A DNA stretch of 64,000 bases. Origin: Mobula hypostoma. Taxonomy: Eukaryota. The position numbers and the translations under genes were made by a program. The stretch is taken from assembly GCF_963921235.1 (NCBI RefSeq), contig NC_086097.1, forward strand, positions 9,672,001-9,736,000. Reading direction: 5' to 3'. The notes under the pieces are model-generated. The model made no database searches. It saw only the letters and a list, made by a program, of their open reading frames with translations, and was not told the origin of the DNA. Below are positions 63,331-64,000 of the stretch, piece by piece; position 1 is the first letter of the stretch, and each line of letters opens with the position of its first letter.

Positions 63331-64000
63331 ATTAATCAATAAATAAGTAATGCTTGAACATGCTCGGCCTTTCATGCTGTCCTTTAGGGTCAGTAATGAA
63401 TTATACAGGGATTTGTCCCAATGCACTGTGAAGAAGAGAAGTCCTCAGAGAATTGCAAGGCTGTTTTTATTCCAGCCATAGGCATGCACTATATGGGTCA
63501 AAATCTCCTTTCTCATTAGAAAAGATGTCCAGCTTAGACCCTTTCCGATCTTTAGCTATACAGGCTACAGTAGATATTCCGAGATTTAGTGGAATGCACG
63601 ATCTGATTTCACAAGAGATCCTGCAGATACTGGAAATCCAGAACAACACACACAAAATGTTGGAGGAACTCGGCAAGTCAGGCAGCACCGATGGAGGGAA
63701 ACGAACAGTCAATGTTTGGGGCTGATAGCCTTCATCAGGATGTATTAAATGTCATCTAGGTTTTGGAGATTTTTGTGCGGAGACTGCTTCCAAATTAGGG
63801 AGACTTTTGTCCCCCAGCTCTTCTCATAATTCCTCAGGCCATTAGAATCGCAGTCTGCTCCACTTTACAAGCAAAATCAACGATCGTATTCCAAAAACAC
63901 CTTTAAATCCAGTGATTACATTTATACCTTAACAAGAAAAGCTTGCAATTATATGGCACATCTTGTAAACTCAATATAATCTAATACCGGAGAGTAGTCA

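Overview
Eukaryotic, repeat-dense vertebrate DNA, most likely a cartilaginous fish (inferred from an HE1-like V-SINE, abundant CR1 LINEs and Penelope-like elements). There is no intact host gene, RNA gene or CRISPR array. Much of the window is transposon-derived: CR1, Rex1/Babar and Nimb/I LINEs, Penelope-like elements (PLEs) with minimal hammerhead ribozymes, an internally deleted Gypsy element, three solo LTRs, and Tc1, Tigger/pogo, hAT and Harbinger DNA elements, many with readable target-site duplications (TSDs) and deep nesting. Between the repeats I read about 25 decayed exons that the ORF track does not reveal as a gene. Many keep splice signals and several join in phase, but they carry stops, frameshifts and TE insertions. 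They repeatedly encode RGS-domain helix motifs resembling RGS22/RGSL1. They form a plus-strand set (1-18055) and a convergent minus-strand set (about 63927 down to 23587), together about 10-12 RGS-like repeats. Other highlights are ribozyme-bearing PLE fold-back insertions and a composite-transposon-like Tc1 element. All family assignments come from motif recognition by eye and from memory, not from database searches. Coordinates described as approximate may be off by tens of bases.
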